Shown here piece by piece: positions 27,558 through 40,704 of a stretch of 64,000 bases of DNA. The notes below the pieces were generated by a model. It was not told where the DNA came from and ran no database searches. It saw only the letters and a program-made list of their open reading frames with translations. Both the position numbers and the translations under genes were made by a program. Within the stretch, counting starts at the first letter, position 1; every line of letters starts with the position of its first letter. The stretch comes from Mobula hypostoma (Eukaryota), in assembly GCF_963921235.1 (NCBI RefSeq), contig NC_086108.1, forward strand, positions 25,234,001 through 25,298,000, given 5' to 3'.

Positions 27558-28485
27558 GGCTATATCCACACTAGACCGGATAATTTTGAAAACGCCGGTT
27601 TCGCATAAAAACAACTGGCGTCCACATTAGGTGTTTTTAAAAATACCTCAGTCCACATTAAAATGGATGTTTGGGCGAATCTCCTCCTACTGGGCATGCG
27701 CAGGACACACAGAAAACAAGCGAAGAGGAAACTGTATACTTGGTGCGCGTTTGTCCAGTTACAGACTAGAAAAACTTAAAAAGAAATTGGCAAAAGAAAG
27801 ACTTGGTGCGCGTTTGTCCAGAAGCATTTCCTACAGCAATAGTCTTTTCACTGATGAAAGGGACGACAGCTACAACTAGATGCAATAAGGCTTGTTACTG
27901 GGCAAAAGTGAAATTTGCTGTTAGCTCAAACAACAGGAATTCTGCAGATGCTGGAAATTCAAGCAACTTTGCTGTTAGCTCATTTGTTTGCCTTTACTTT
28001 TGCCATGTCTTTGTGTATTATTTTGCTGTATTTAATATGTACAATAAAACGAGTTACTGGACAAGAGTGACAATTGCACCTATTGAATGTTTGCACAAGC
28101 AATACATTAATAAACCACCTTGTTAAATGTATAAAACATGTCTGCATCAGTGTTATCTTGTATTTCCATACAATGTTACATTAGGATGTTACACATCTAT
28201 TGTCAGATATTGTTGTGGTGTTGGAGGTTGCGTTGCAGAAAGCAATGAAATGCCGCACAGCCGCCACCATTTGTTCCGGCACGTCATGACAGCGGTTTTA
28301 AAAATAGCCAGTTACCCCATACACACTACGCCGCATATTAGGCATTTTCAGACTTATTCACTCTGGAGAGCGTTTCTGAAAATCTCCATTTTCGGGGGAG
28401 GAAAACGACGTTTCAGTGTGGACGGATCAAAACGAAGAGAAAAAGCTTCGGTTACGGATTTACCTGGTCTAGTGTGGACGTAGCC
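27558..28485. mobile_element. PIF/Harbinger-type MITE
   Basis: TIRs GGCTATATCCACACTAGACC and GGTCTAGTGTGGACGTAGCC; TAA on both sides (27555-27557, 28486-28488); no recognisable transposase sequence. Confidence 0.85.
27929..27967 (-). mobile_element. Solo 39-nt Penelope tail insertion
   Basis: Reverse complement is identical to 50831-50869. Exact 15-bp TSD TTTGCTGTTAGCTCA at 27914-27928 and 27968-27982. Confidence 0.9.
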
Positions 28486-30465
28486 TAACAGACTCTTAAA
28501 TGTTCCTAATAATGTTCGCCGAGAGTGTTCAATGCATTGTCCACAAGCAGTACTTAAGTACTAGAATTTACTAGTGGAAGAAGAATGATTATTATTCTCC
28601 ATTGCACTGTCTCCAGCAGCAGAGAAAAATGAAATAAAATTAGAAAAAGGAACTTGTATAACACCTGAAAAATCATTTGAAAAAGAAGATTGGTATGGGA
28701 GCCACATATCATCAGTCTGCAGTGTGAAGTTTTGAAGACCAGACCAAAATGGTATTCTGGTGACTGTCCATGTTCTAAATGGTGAAAATATGGAAAGGCT
28801 CCTTGAGAATACCGCACAAGGGTGCTTTAAGTCATCTTGCCCCTTCACATGTCGCCTTCTCCACAACAACCAAAGCAGATCAGTGAGCTGATGAAAAATG
28901 TAATGACTTATAAATTATTTTTAATTCAAAACTCTGTGAAAATCTTACACCCACGCAAATGGCATATTGCTGGGCTTTTAGCTGAATGTTAAATCAAAAA
29001 TAAATTATTCAAACCTGTTGTCTGTGTCTGTGTTGCTTCACTTCGCATGTCTGGTAACCTTAACGTCAATATGCATTAAATATCAGGATATGCGTTTTTT
29101 TTGAGTAGAGAAGTAAATGCAAACTAAAATCATAGGGCTTGTAATTACAAGTGTAATACAGTAATATAGAGATTTAATATGGTTCAGAAACCGAAAATCA
29201 ACCTTCACTAAAACAAGATCTTACTTCTATAAGTTTGCAAGTTCTGAGGCAGATTTTAAAAACTTTGAGTTGAATTGTATTCATTCACCTTTTGTCATTA
29301 TCCTCCTCTGTCAATTAATCCAACCTTTCTGTCTTATAGAATCACTGAATCATCAAAACATACAGTGGAGAAAAGGTTCTTACATAAAACGTGGTCCACG
29401 CTGTCCATGATGTCTATTGACTCCAATCCTATAAACCGACATTAAGCCAGTACCACTCCATACCTTCTCATCCACGTAACCATCCAAAGGCCTTTTATGG
29501 TGAGTTTCAGCTCATTCATGGGACTGAGAGAGTGATAGACAGGAATTGCAAGGAGGCAGTCACACTTAATTTGCAGGAACCAGTTAGCTGGATGACTGTC
29601 AGGAGTGAGAAAGGGAAAAGACAGCCAGTGCAGGTAACCCCTGTAACGTACAGCATACTACTTTGAATACTGTTGGTACTGTGGTGGTGGGGGTGGTAAT
29701 CAACCTGCTGGAGCAAGTCCATAGCAGACAGGTCTCCAGAACTGAATCTGGCTCTGTGACTCAGAAGGAAATGGAGAAGAAGAGGAGATTGGTGTGAAAG
29801 GGATTCAATAGTCTAGGGACCACACAGGAGATTCTGTGGACGTGAAAGAGGCTCCTGGATTGTATGTTTCCTCCCAGGTTCCAGAGTCAGGGGTGTCTTG
29901 GATTGGGTCCACAGCATTCTAAAGGAGGAAGGTGAATAGCCAGAAGTTATCATGTACAATGACAAAACTATGAAAAGAGATGAATGCCTGAATAGCAAAC
30001 AGAGGGAGCTAGAAAGCAAGACTTCCTGGGTAGTAATCTCTGGATTGTTTTCCATACCACATAGTGAGTGCAACAATAGGATGATTTGGCAGATGAATGC
30101 ATGACTGAAGAGTTGATGCAGGGTGCAGGGTTTCAGATTTGTAGATCATAGGATGTCTCCTGGGGAATGTGCAATCAGTACATAAGAGAAAATTACACAT
30201 GAACTTTGGAGGGACCAAAGTCCATGTGGCCAGGTTTGTTGGAGCTATTGGAGAAGGTTTAAACCTTGTTGGCGGAGGATGTAAACCAGAGTGTTAGGTC
30301 AGATGATAGGGCAGCTGTTGTAAGGGTGCAGGCAATTTGCAGTGACACATTGAGGAAGGAATTGGCAGCAGATAGCATGTAAGTACAGTCAGATCGATGG
30401 GTAGATCAATATGTTGAATTAGGATGTAGCCATTACAGACAGCTGCCAGTCACAAGGGCAGGATT

Positions 30466-30956
30466 ACAAACAAGAGAAAATCTGCAGATGCTGGAAACCC
30501 AAAGCAACATTCACAAAATGCTGGCCAGGCAGCATCTGTGGAAAAGAGGTGAAGGTCCAACCTGATGGCACGAACATTGATTTTTTGAACTTCCAGTAAT
30601 TGCCTCCCCTCCTCTCCTTCACCATTCCCCATTCTCATTCCCCCCTTTCACCTTACCTCCTTAACTGCCCTCTGGTGCTCCCGCTTCCCTTTCTTCCATG
30701 GCCTGTCCTCTCCTATCAGATTCCCCCTCTTCCAGCCCTTTATCACTTTCACTAATCAACTTCCCAGCTCTCTACTTCATCCCCTCCTCCTCCCAGTTTC
30801 ATTTATCATTTCTTCCTCCCCTCTCCCCACCATCTTACTCTGAATCCTCTCCTTCCTTTCCAGTTCTGATGAAGGGTCTCGGCCCAAAACGTTGAGTGTT
30901 TACTCTTTTACATAGATGTTGCCTGGCCTGCTGAGTTCCTCCAGTATTATGTGCTG
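30466..30956. mobile_element. Inverted Penelope insertion: short tail-bearing minus arm plus longer tailless plus arm
   Basis: Minus arm 30466-~30551. Plus arm has a hammerhead motif at 30862-30897 (CTGATGA AGGGTCTCGGCCC aAAACGTT). Imperfect TSD CAAGGGCAGGATT/CAAGGGCAAGACT. Confidence 0.8.
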
Positions 30957-31006
30957 CAAGGGCAAGACTGGGTGATTGATGTTCCAGAGATTTAGTTATT
31001 TCAATT

Positions 31007-31218
31007 AGCAGCACAGTAGTGTAGTAGTTAGTGTAAAACTATTACTGCACCAGTGAGGTGGGTTCAAATCTGCCACTGTCTGCAGGGAGTTTCTATGTCC
31101 TTCACATGACTGTGTGGGTTCCCTCCAGGTATTCTAGTTTCCTCCTACATTCCAAAGATGTACAAGTTATTTAGTTACATGGGTATAATTAGATGGTTGC
31201 GGCTCATTGGACCAGAAG
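31007..31218 (+). mobile_element. V-SINE-type tRNA SINE
   Basis: A-box/B-box-like head (GTAGTGTAGTAGTTAG; GGTTCAAATC), then V-domain GGAGTTTCTATGTCC...TTTCCTCCTACATTCCAAAGA. Confidence 0.7.
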
Positions 31219-31848
31219 GCAAATGCAATGTTGGCATTTATTTCAAGGGGAATAGAATACAAGAACAAGGAGATAATGGTGAAGCTTTATAAGACACTAG
31301 TCAGGCTGCACTTACAACATTGTCAACAGTTTTGGGCCCCTTATCTCAGAAAGGATCTATGATCCTTGGGGAGAGTCCAGAGGAGGTTCACAAGGATGAT
31401 TCCGGGAATGAAGTGGTTAATTTATGAGGAGTGTTTAGCAGCTTTGGGCCGGCACTCACTGGAATTTAGAAGAATGTGTGGGGATTTCACTGAAACCTAC
31501 CAAATGGATAAGGTGGATGTGGAGAGGATGTTTCCTCTGGTGGGATCTCCAGAGCTAGAGGGCAGAGCCTCAAAATTGAGGGGCGACCTTTCAGAACAGA
31601 AGTAAGGAGGAATTATTTTAGCCAAAGAGTGGTGAATCTGTGGAATGTTCTGCCACAGACTGTGGTTGAGGCCAAGTCGTGGGTGTATTTACTGTAGACA
31701 TTGATAGATTCCTGATAGGTCGGGGCATCAAGGGGTATGGTGAGAAGGCAGGTGTATGGGGTTCAGTGGGATCCGGGATCAGCCATGATGAAATAGCAGA
31801 GCAGACTCGATGGGCTGATTGGCCTAATTTTGCTCCTATGTCTTACTT
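31219..31848 (+). mobile_element. CR1 3' fragment
   Basis: ANAMLAFISRGIEYK, RVQRRFTRMIPGM, and a 3' UTR ending GCTCCTATGTCTTA. Confidence 0.85.
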
Positions 31849-31886
31849 CTAAGTACCTGTTACCATTGCCGTATCTGTAATTGGGG

Positions 31887-32400
31887 GTGATAGAGTGTCC
31901 AGGGAGGGGTAGATCCTCTGGTGAAGGAGCTTGTTTTGTCCATTTTAGAGAGCTCACTCATCTTTAGTCCCCACTGGATACTCAGCTCTTACCTGTGGCA
32001 CTAAGTAGCTCTTCGCATGCGACAGCGGCCACACCCCTGTACACCTCTTCAACAGATGGGCCAAACCAGGTGAGGTTAGCCAGTTGCCTCATACCCAGTG
32101 TTCTAGGGACAAGCCTGTCCCAGCATGCAAAAACAGCTTCGGCGGACTGGGCGGATGAAATCTACAGTGGGATCCAACGCTCAGGGAGGCAGTACTGCAA
32201 CGCTCTATGAAGAGCGAAGGGTATGTCAAGGCACAGAAGGTGTCATGGTCATCCACTGCAAGCAAGGAAGACCCCAGCTTTTGACAATGGACTCCTGAGA
32301 TTAAGAGAGTGGAACTGCCCCAGTGCAATGACTTTTCCATTTTAAAAACTCTCCTGCACAGGTTTCCTGTCATCATTGGACACAACATATAATTACCATC
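31887..32400 (+). mobile_element. Probable RTE-associated non-autonomous repeat
   Basis: Non-coding block interrupting the CR1, ending GTCATCATTGGACACAAC...ACCATC, which resembles RTE-type 3' ends. Assignment from memory only. Confidence 0.35.
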
Positions 32401-34043
32401 TCTACCTAAAAAAATAAAAGGGGTAGAGAGGTAGCGCAGGGCTTAAAAGAGGGGTTGAAGTGGCATTGTTAATCAAGGATAATATCACAGCTGTGGAAAG
32501 AGAGAATATCACTGAGGGATTGTCTAATGAGTCAGTGTGGATAGAAGTTAAACAGGAAGGGAGCAATCACTCTATTGGGAGTATTCTGTAGGCCCACCCA
32601 ATAGCAACAGGAACACTGCAGAGCAGATAAGTAGGCAGATTTGGAAAAATGCAAAAATAACTAAGTTATTGTCATAGGTGACTTCAACTTCCCTAATACT
32701 GACATAGTGCAAAATGGTTCAGGTACAGCAGAATTTGTTATGTGTGTCCAGGAAGGATTCCTGACAAGTTTGTAGACAAACTAACTAGAAGAGAGGCCAT
32801 ACTGGATCTAGCACTTGGTAATGAACCTGGTCAGGTGACAGACATCTCAATGGGCAAGCATTTCAGAGATAGTGACCTTAACTTCCTGTTCTTTAGCATA
32901 GCCATAGACAAGGATGGTAGCAGATAGTATGTGAAAGTATTTAATTGGGAAGGGATGATTATGAGAATATTAGGCAGCAACTTCGGAGCAGATCTTCTCA
33001 GGTAAATGTACAATAGAAATGTGGATGTTGCTTAAGGAGCATGGGACTCTGGACAGGTTTGTCCCAATGAGGCAGGGAAAGGATGATAGGATGAAGGAAG
33101 CATGGTTGACCACAGAGGTGAAACTCTTAGACAAGAGGAAGAAAGATGCATACTTAAGGATGGACGTACATAACAAATACCTTGCATCAGTTTTCACAAG
33201 GGAGAAAGACCTTGATGAATGTGAGATCAGTGTAAGACAGTCTAAGGTGCCTGAGCACATTGAGGTTAAGAAAGAGGAAGATGTTAGAACTTCTGGAAAA
33301 CATTATGATTCATAGATAAGCCCTGGGGCCAGATGGGATATGCCCTAGGTTACTATGGGAAATCCAAAAAATAATGATTTTTGGATTCTCACTGGCCACA
33401 GGGGTGTACCAGAGGACTGGAGCATAGCAAATTTTCTACCTTTGTTTAAGGAAGGCAATAGAGATAGCCCTGTGAATTATAGATCACTGAATCTTGCATC
33501 AGTGATGAGTAACTACTAACTAACTCCTTCTAACTACAGCCCCGCACTTCAAGCAGCATTCTCATGAATCTCTTCTGCACTTTCTATTGCTACCAGATCC
33601 TTCAAAACTGTGGCATCTAGAATTATACATAATACCCCGTGCAGTCTAATTAATATTTTGTACAGCTGCAACATTGCATCCCAACTCTCATACTGAATTT
33701 CTCAGCCTCTACCAAATATCTTTCTCAAAACCCTATCCACTTGAATTGGCACTTACAGGGATCTACAGCATACATCTCTGTTTATTTCTTTTTCTACATC
33801 TGATTTAACATTGGATTTAAATTCATTCTCATGCTGAGAGAATATCTTGGTGCAGCTCTGTTCATTTGGGTCCATATTGTTCTAAAGCACTCAGACTGCA
33901 GCAGATGAAAGCCATGGCTCTAAATGTACAGAGCAACACTTCTTTCCATGGCAAATTTCACATTTGAAAGTTCCCCAGGATGATTCTGGACAGGAATATT
34001 ATTGGCTGGATCAATGGTGGTGAGTTATCATTGACATTGTTAT

Positions 34044-37000
34044 GGAAGATGGCGCCGGTGAACCAAGACAATATTCTGCAGGTTATATATAAAACTTCTA
34101 AATATACCTCTTTTGAATTTCTCTCACTGCAATCTGCAGCATGTAATATCCCCTTAAGCAAAGTAGTTTTGAATCCCCTTAATGAACTTAATGAACTACA
34201 GATTGCGCAATCTTCTGAAGGAGCCGGTGAACTTAACTCCCAAGCATGCAGGAGCAACAGCTGGTTGGACAAAGGTTCATTGCCATGGGAGGAAGTAAGA
34301 CAGGAGGGGACTCCAAGCGAGGCTGAAATGCAGAGGGATGAGGCCCCCTCTACTTAGCATCTTGTTAGCAAATGTGCAGTCACCGGAGAACAAAATTAAG
34401 GATGAGGGCAAGATTGCCGTATCATAGGGAAATGAGGGATTGTTGTTTTCTGTGTTTTACTGAGACATGGCTTACTCGGAGTATGGCAGACACAGCGATC
34501 AGACCCGAAGGCTTCTCAACTACACAGGATGGACTGAACTGCCAATTTGGAAAAGGCAAAAGGTGGTGGCGTGTATTTCATGATAAAGTTGTGTTCCAAG
34601 AAGACAATTCCCCTGACCTCGAGCACTTTATGATCAAGTGCTGACCGTTCTACTTACCAAGAGTGTTCTCCTCCATGAACTTGACCTCTGTTTAAATACC
34701 ACCAGCAGCCAACCAGAAACAGTCCATCCTGACACATTACAAAATCATAGTCGGGGATTTCAATGAGGTTTGTTTGAAAAACTCCCTGCCTAGTTACCAT
34801 CAACATATAATCTGTAGCACCCGAGATCTCAACACATTAGACCACTGCTATACTAAGATAAGCAATGCCAACTGTTCCAAGCCCAGACCATATTTTGAGA
34901 AATCTAATCACTTGGCTGTTCCTCCAACCTGCATACAGGCAGAGGCTAAAAAAAGAAGTCTTCAGAGATTAGTACAACAAAGAGCTGGTCATGAGAGGAG
35001 GAGGAGCAGCTCTGGGATTGCTTCAAATTAGTGGACTGGGCTGTGTTCAAGGACTCATCTGTAGATCTGAATGAATACACCACAGTTGTTACAGACTTTA
35101 TAAACACAGTTGTAGACAAGTGTGTCCCCACAAAATCATTCAGAGGCTTAGCCAACCAGAAGCCCTGGATGAACCATGGGATCCACAATCTGCTGAAGGT
35201 CAGATCAGTGGCATTCAAGTCTGGCAACCAAGAAAGTTAAGGGGCCCAGATATAATCTCCAAACAGCTATCTTGTGGGCAAAGTGACAATCCTGGATTAA
35301 ACTTGAATCAATGAAGGATGCTCAACAACTGTGGCAGGGCTTCAATGCTATCACATCTTACAAAGTGAGATCAAGCAACATAGGTGACAACGGGGCTTCA
35401 CTTCAAGATGAGCTTAATGCCTACTATGCTTGCTTTGACCATCAAAACATGGAGGAACCATCATAAATTCCCACATCCCCCAATGACCCTGTGATTTCAG
35501 TCTCTGAACCTGAAGTTAGAACATCCTTCTGGAGGGGGAACCAATAGAAAGCATCCAGCCCTGATTGGGTACTTGACTGGGTATTAAAGACCTGTGCTGA
35601 TCAGCTGGCTGGAGTGTGCACTGAGATCTTTAAGCTCTCGCTTTGGCAGTCTGAGGTACCCATCTGCTTCAAGCTGGCTTCAGTTGTACTGGTGCCCATA
35701 GAAGAACATGGTAACCTCCATCCATGACCATCATCCAGCAGCATTTACATCCACCGTGACAAAGTGCTTTGAGAGATTGTTCATAAAACACATTAGCTTT
35801 TGCCTAAGAAGCAACTTGGATCCACTCCAATTTGCCTACCAGCTCAACACATCCACAACAGATGCTCATCAGCTCTTCTCTCAACCCAGGAACATCTGGA
35901 CAGCAAAGGTGCATACATCAGGATGGTTTTTATCGACTACAGCTTGGCATTCAATTTTATTATCCCCTCAAAACTGATCAATAAGCTTCAAGACCTTGGC
36001 CTCAATATCTCCTTCTGCAATTGGATCCTTGATTTCTCCACTTGTAGACCCCAGTATTTTGGATTGGCAACAACTTCCCCTCTACAATCTCCATCAGCAC
36101 AGGTGTACCACAAGGCTCTGTGCTTAGCCCTTTGCTCCACTCACTTTACACTTATGCTTCTGTGGCTAAGCACAGCTCCAAAGCCATATTCAGATTTGCT
36201 GATGACACCACTGTCACAGGCCAACTCAAAGTTGGTGATGAATCAGCATATAAGAGGGAGATTGAAAATCCGGCTGACTGGTGCCATAACAACAACCTCT
36301 TAGTCAATGTCAGAAAGACTAAGCAGCTGACTTTGACTTCAAGTGGAGGAAACCGGAAGTCTACGAGCCAGTCCTCATCGGGGAATCAGGGGTGGAGAGG
36401 GTCATCCACTCTAAGTTCCTCAGTGTTATCACTTCAGAGGGTCTGTCCTCGGTCCAGCACATAAGTGCCAATATGAAGAAAGCACAACAGCCCCATTACT
36501 TAATTAGAAATTTGCAAAAAATTGGCATGACATCTGAAACTTTGACTAACTTCTGCATATGTGTGTTGAAGAATATATTTACTGGCTGCATCACAGCCTG
36601 GTATGGAAACAGCAATGCCTTTGAATGGAAAATCCTACAAAAAGTAGTGGATATGGCCCAGACATCACAGGTAAAGCCCTCCACACCAGTGAGCACACCT
36701 ACATGGATCATTGTCACAGGAAAGCAGCATCCATCATCAGGGACCCCACTAACAGGCCATGCTTTCTTCTTACTGCTGCCACCAGCAGGAAGGTACAGAG
36801 CCTCAGGACTCACACACTGGTTCAGGAACAGGTATTACTCATCAACCATCAGGCTCTTGAACTCATGGGAATAACTTCACTCAACTTCATTCACCCCAAC
36901 ACCAAACTGTTCCCACAATGGACTCACTTTCAAGAACTCTTCATCTCATGTTCTCGATACTTATTTCTTATTTCCTTATTATTATTATTTCTTTTTTTTT

Positions 37001-37188
37001 CTTTTATATTTGCCCAGTTTGTTGTCTTTTGCACACTGGTTGTCACCCCTGTTGGGTGCAATTTTTAATTGATCTGTTATGGTTATTGGATTTATTGAGT
37101 ATGCCCATAAAAAAACAAATCTCAGGGTTATATATGGTGACATATATGTAACTTTGTTAATAAATTTACTTTGAACTTTTGAACTTTG
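34044..37188 (+). mobile_element. Near full-length degenerate Rex1/Babar LINE
   Basis: 5' GAAGATGGCGCC. APE motifs CFTETWL, VGDFN, LDHCYT. RT motifs LDPLQFAYQ, FIDYSLAFN, LSPLLHSLYT, FADDTTVTG. Tail AATAAATTTACTTTGAACTTTTGAACTTT. Confidence 0.92.
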
Positions 37189-38544
37189 GACTCAGACATT
37201 TGCTTTTAAAATCAGTTATAATATATACAGAAGTTACTGCAACTGATGGCTGATATACTTGCACATGTTTAGTATTAGTGACCAAGGTCAAATTCTGTCT
37301 CCAAGCATCTACTTATAAATCCAAAAATCCTGTAGCTTTATTAACTGTCCGGATAATGTCTCTTTTCACCTCTAAAGCCCTGTGTGCAAAAACGTGTGAT
37401 GTTGCCTCCTGTTTGCATCCAGTTTGAAATCATGTTGTTTGGCATGCAGTGCCTCTTCCTTCTTCAATCTAAATACATAACCCCCAGCTAAGCTGCATCA
37501 AATTTTCTTCAGTATTTGTCTGTCCTTTCTGACCTTACTAATTCTATTTCTATCTTCCTCACTTTTCACAACACTTTCGGGTCTTAGCTCATTTGAAAAT
37601 GTGAAATGTATACCTGCATCCCAAGTAGAAATTGTTGTCTCTTTTAGGATGATGGAATATCCATCTCCCCTGCCTGACTCCACCCGAGTGTCCAGTTGGT
37701 ATTGCACCCAAGGCTGGCCCAGATAGTCCCTGCTATTACTCTGACTCTGTTCTCTGCAACAAGGATATCTGTCTAAGATTGTTGAACATAGTCAGCTCAA
37801 ATACCAGTAGGAAATATGTGCAGACAATTGTAGTATGCACTTTGCCAAATCCAGTGATGCCAAAATATATAGGAATTTTTGTCTCATAAGCTTATAAGGG
37901 CGAGATGAAGTATAGCTGTCCGTTTGCAAAGTAAAAGTCCGATACCAGCTGTGTAACATTATGGATAGCATTCTGATTGTTGCTGATCCCATCTGTTACA
38001 GCTTGGAATGACCAAGCAGTAGAAATGAAAATGATGGGTGACCCTTGCATCAAGTGCCGGTGCTGTGATTTCTGCTGAAAAGGTGATGTAGGTCACTAAG
38101 TGTTCACCTGGTCAAATAATCATGGAGAGATACAATCCAGGAAGAGGCTCTTCAGTCATAGAGTGAACATACCAAGGCTCATTCGTGCACAACTCTTACA
38201 CAAGCTTGCTCTATTCTTCCCACATTGCTGATCTGATGACTCCACAAGCTACAGGCCTCTGTTTGGTTCAGCTCTGGCCTTCTGAAAGCATAGTTCTGAA
38301 GAGTAGAGTCTAATTTTTGTCACAGCCTCTATAGCTCTGTGCCACTAGTGTAGCAACTGCTGTCTCTGTGTCTGGCATTGTGGGTGATTTCAATGACAAC
38401 CAGCCAGTGAAAAAAGCAGCCAACAGTAGGATCATTAACAACTGTGCAGAGCCAAGATCTTCCTAATCTCAACATACAGTCAAATAATGACTCAAAAATC
38501 CCTACAGTGGCAGGCTGATGGCTTATCTTCTTGAGGATGCATAA

Positions 38545-39898
38545 CATCATAAGATATCGGTACAGAATTAGGTTATTTGGCCCCTCGAGTCTGCTCTTCC
38601 GTTTCATCAAGGCTGATCATTTTTTTCCTTTCAGCCCCAGTCTCCTGCCTTCTCCCCATATCCTTTCATGCCCTGATCAATCAAGAATCTAGGAACCTCT
38701 ATATTAAATATACATAAAGACCACCTTCACAGCAAACTGTGGCAATAAATTCTACAGATTCATCATTCTGTAGCTAAAGAAATTCCTCGTCATCTTCATT
38801 CTAAAAGGATGTCACTCTATTCCGAGGCTGTATCATCTGGGTCTAGACTCTCCCACCATTGGAAACATCCTCTCCACATCCAAGGCCTTTCCACATTCAA
38901 CAGATTTCAGTTATGTCACCCCTCATTCTTCTGAGTTTCAGTGAATACAGGCCCATATCCATCAAACGCTCTTCATATGACAAGTTCTTTAATCCTGGAA
39001 TCATTTTTGTGAACCTCCTTTGAACTCTCTCCTGTGTTAGATTAGATTAGATTAGATTCAACTTTATTGTCAGTATGCCAAGTACAGATACAAAGCCAAT
39101 GAACTGCATTTAGCATCTGACCAGAAATACAAAGAATAGCGTTATTTACAAAATAACTGCAAATAAAAGAAATGCTACAGCACACAATTATAAAAGTACT
39201 GAGACAGTACAATACGGATGCAATACTGTTTAGCGCTGTGATGAGAGGTTCAGCAGTGTCACAGCCTCAGGGAAGAAGCTCTTCCTGTGACTGCTGGTGC
39301 GGGAGCGGAGGCTCCTGTAGTGCCTACCGGATGGGAGGAGAGTAAAGAATCCATGGTTAAGGTGAGATGCATCCTTTATAATGCTTTTCACCCTGCCCAG
39401 TCAGTGTTTATGGTAGATGTTCTCAATGGTGGGCAATTGGGTGCTGATAATCCACTTAGCACATCCTTTCTCAGATATGGAGCCCAAAACTGCACACGAT
39501 GCTCCAAGTGAGGCCTCACCAGTGCTTTATAAAGCCTCAACATCACATCCTTTTTTATATTTTCTAGTCCTCTTGAAATGAATGCTAACATTGCATTTGC
39601 CTTCCTCACCACAAATTCAACCTGCAAATTAACCTTTAGGGAATCCTGCACAAGGACTCCAAATCCCTCTGCACCTCAGATTTTTGCATTTTCTCTTCAT
39701 TTAGAAAATAGTCTACCCTTTTAATTCTCCTACCAAAGTGTAGGACCATACACTTCCCAACACTCTATTCCATCTGCCACTTCACAGCCCATTCTCCTAA
39801 TCTGCCAAGTCAGCTGTAGCTTCCCTAATTCCTCAAAACTACCCGCTCCTCCACCTATCTTTGTATCATCTGCAAACTTTGCAACAAAGCCATCAATA
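38545..39898 (-). mobile_element. CR1 3' fragment interrupted by a Rex1 3' end
   Basis: FVAKFADDTKIGG, RPHLEHRVQFWAPYLRKD, and a CR1 3' UTR. Confidence 0.85.
39037..39455 (-). mobile_element. Rex1-clade 3' end with (TCTAA)n tail
   Basis: TTAGATTAGATTAGATTAGATTCAACTTTATTG; reverse of the LPSGRHYRSL segment; the CR1 resumes at TTAGCACATCC. Confidence 0.75.
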
Positions 39899-40209
39899 CA
39901 GAAGGGTCTCTTTCCATACACAAAGCACTGTCTTCTTCCTCGGAAGTACTAAATGTGCTTTTCAGAGTGGACTTACGATAGATAGAATCAAACCGTAAAA
40001 GCAACTAATTACCCAGAAATGGTCCTTCTTTAAAAGCAGGATACCTAGATACATAATTCAATTCATTTAACATTGGATTTTAGGAAAAACCAAAGTCTAA
40101 GCTATGTCTTAACCTACATTATACTCACTGTGAGATATAAATACACTAAATGTCCACTGTAGACCTGAATATGTTCGATTGGATTAACATATGTAATAAA
40201 ATTGCATCA

Positions 40210-40595
40210 TGATACATCATAATCATCATTATGCACTGTGTCATATGACATAGGCGATCGTAGTCTCATGACCATGACTGGCTTGGCAAATTTTTCTACT
40301 GAAGTGGCTTCCCATTGCCTTCTTCCAGTCAGTATCTTTACAAGTCAGGTGAACCCAGCCATTATCAATACTCTTTAGAGATTGTCTGCCTGGTGACAGT
40401 GGTCACATAACCAAGATTGGCGATATGCACCATCCACCACCGGCACTCATGGATTCACGTGACCCTGATCGGTTGGGGGGAGGGAGTTGCTAAGCAGGTG
40501 AAACACCTTGCCCAAGGGTGACCTGCAGGCTAGCAGAGGGAAGCAGAAGCTTACACCTCCTTTGGTAGAGACATACCTCCACCCTGCCACCCAGT
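40210..40595 (-). mobile_element. RTE-related SINE-like repeat (same family as 4011-4390)
   Basis: Reverse complement aligns with 4011-4390 (CCTGCAGGTCACCCTTGGGCAAGG; GAGTATTGATAATGGCTGG). Confidence 0.6.
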
Positions 40596-40704
40596 CATCA
40601 CTGTTGGTATCTAAGAAAATGTATAAAGGATAAATGATTCCCTTTGTTCAATAAATAAGTTATCTGGGATGTTCAGCAGCTTGCTCCGCACAAGTGTAAA
40701 CAAT

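Larger units (their letters stand above)
29520..33510 (+). mobile_element. Degenerate CR1 (ORF1 esterase, APE, start of RT) with several nested insertions
   Basis: GDSIV...FCG...IVCFLP esterase region; VIGDFNFP; AILDLALGNEPGQV; NKYLASVFTREKD. Interrupted at 30466-30956 and ~31007-32400. Confidence 0.75.

Noticed and set aside
28554..28880. Possible exon or small protein in unique sequence
   Set aside because: No recognisable homology in the frames I read, and no convincing acceptor/donor pair.
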